From: a virus
Reading direction: 5' to 3' (one strand)
DNA length: 46,830 bases
UHGV virus genome: UHGV-0255373
A model generated the notes under the pieces. It ran no database searches. It saw only the letters and a list, made by a program, of their open reading frames with translations, and was not told the origin of the DNA. Numbering within the stretch: position 1 is the first letter of the stretch; each line of letters begins with the position of its first letter. Below are positions 45,745-46,830 of the stretch, piece after piece. The translations under genes and the position numbers were made by a program.

Positions 45745-45933
45745 GGAGTAAAAAGGAGTAAAAAACCTCCAAACTCCCTGATTTCATGCGGTTAAATGCA
45801 ATGATTAATTCATTAAGAAGACTTGAACAATATGGAAATCAAACACTTTACGCCTTATTTTTCCAACTATAAGTGTACTTTTTTACTTATTTTTCATATA
45901 GTTTTTGTATTTGGGAGTAAAATGGGAGTAAAA
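45745..45933. other. attP-like site with paired GGAGTAAAA arm repeats
   Basis: Tandem pairs at 45745/45755 and 45914/45925 flanking a ~150-bp core region. Confidence 0.7.
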
Positions 45934-45992
45934 TAACAAAAAGAACACGCTTCCCTCCCCACGGGTAAAATGTGTTCTTTTTGATTATACCA

Positions 45993-46103
45993 CTATAGTC
46001 CTGATAGGTCTATGTTTTGACATACATATGTAACATAAATATCCATAAGATTATAAAAATGTGGATTATAAACTTTGGATAAATTATATATATTTAACTC
46101 CAT
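45993..46103 (-). CDS. 36-aa microprotein
   Basis: RBS AGGAGGTG; MELNIYNLSKVYNPHFYNLMDIYVTYVCQNIDLSGL. Confidence 0.5.
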   Translation of the reverse strand: MELNIYNLSKVYNPHFYNLMDIYVTYVCQNIDLSGL

Positions 46104-46208
46104 TTTTTTCACCTCCTATTATTATTTACTTCTTATGTATGCAAATTACTTTTTTATTTCTTGAATTTTTTCAAAAAAAGTTATTAAATTATTAATGAGG
46201 TGTAATTT

Positions 46209-46382
46209 ATGAACTTAAAAGATAAGAAAATCCAAGAAGCAAAGCGCAGACTTTCTGTACTTGAGGAAAAATTAAATTTTTTAGAATTTTCAAACAACCC
46301 TGATAAAGAACAACAGATTATAGACTGCAAACACGATATAGAAAAACAAAAGCGTATAATTAAGCACACATCAAGCTACTAA
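46209..46382 (+). CDS. 57-aa coiled-coil protein
   Basis: RBS GAGGTG; MNLKDKKIQEAKRRLSVLEEKLNFLEFS... Confidence 0.6.
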   Translation: MNLKDKKIQEAKRRLSVLEEKLNFLEFSNNPDKEQQIIDCKHDIEKQKRIIKHTSSY

Positions 46383-46402
46383 AAAAATCTAGATCTAATG
46401 CT

Positions 46403-46588
46403 CTAGATTTTTTCAATAAATTCATTCATTACATATGCCTTTTTATCTTTGTATTTTATCTCTGTCCACTTCGGTCCTTGTTTAATTACTTCTAATTCAT
46501 CACCTTTATAGACAATACCAATTACATTTCTTTCATTAACTCGATTTTCACTTCTAACATTTAATGCATCCGCTATTACTTTTACCAT
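46403..46588 (-). CDS. Standalone SH3b-domain protein
   Basis: ADALNVRS...IG.VYKGDELEVI...WTEI...AYV. Confidence 0.85.
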   Translation of the reverse strand: MVKVIADALNVRSENRVNERNVIGIVYKGDELEVIKQGPKWTEIKYKDKKAYVMNEFIEKI

Positions 46589-46589
46589 G

Positions 46590-46766
46590 CTATTTACCTT
46601 CCTTTATAATAAATTCATTTTTAAATTTGAATGTTCTATTACCAGTCATTATGATGCTATATGTTGGCATTTCTTCAACAACCGTAAAATACGAATCCCA
46701 TAAATAGAACGGGAGTTTATCCCCGTCCATATCTACAGCACCTCTCACTACTTTAACCTTAACCAT
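46590..46766 (-). CDS. 58-aa SH3-like protein
   Basis: RBS AAAGGTG; MVKVKVVRGAVDMDGDKLPFYLWDSYFTVVEEMPTYSIIMTGNRTFKFKNEFIIKEGK. Confidence 0.6.
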   Translation of the reverse strand: MVKVKVVRGAVDMDGDKLPFYLWDSYFTVVEEMPTYSIIMTGNRTFKFKNEFIIKEGK

Positions 46767-46773
46767 TACTACT

Positions 46774-46830
46774 TTACACCTTTCTTAAGTATTTTCCAGA
46801 CACCCAACCACTAGGAATTCTAGCCCATCC
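46774..46830 (-). CDS. Endolysin 3' end (continuation of 1..837)
   Basis: GWARIPSGWVSGKYLRKV* completes the SH3b domain in frame. Confidence 0.9.
   Translation of the reverse strand, partial: GWARIPSGWVSGKYLRKV

Noticed and set aside
46184..46369. 61-aa minus-strand ORF
   Set aside because: The opposite-strand ORF 46209..46382 has an SD and a more protein-like sequence
1..46830. tRNA, rRNA or IS elements
   Set aside because: None recognisable by eye; tRNAscan-SE and ISEScan would confirm

Overview
The window appears to be a complete, circularly permuted genome of a temperate siphovirus from a low-GC Firmicutes host. The endolysin ORF runs off position 1 and resumes in frame at 46830, and an intact attP-like site follows the tyrosine integrase. 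Most genes are on the minus strand. In coordinate order the modules are: lysis (1-1.4 kb); tail (1.7-14.1 kb); head, portal and TerL (14.1-20.1 kb); an accessory block between terL and terS (20.1-25.4 kb: RHH/Rha module, XRE, lipoprotein, serine recombinase, micro-ORF island); an iteron origin with primase-helicase; a mosaic nin-like region; C5 methyltransferase; helicase/SSB/Sak4/exonuclease; antirepressor; cro/cI; lipoprotein; integrase and attP. The strongest candidate for a new system is an unannotated 49-aa zinc-ribbon protein with its own promoter between terL and portal, together with five tandem GAGCC-Nn-GAGCC boxes. All five boxes lie on the late strand, and each forms the 5' arm of a terminator or a Shine-Dalgarno-sequestering hairpin ahead of a late gene (HExxH gene, terL, portal, tape measure, endolysin). 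This suggests an RNA-level late switch. Other notable items are possible donor-strand complementation between tail-fibre proteins, a 3D-domain gene split by an in-frame TGA, standalone SH3-like proteins after the lysin, and several antisense RNAs. Family assignments come from motif recognition only; no database searches were run.
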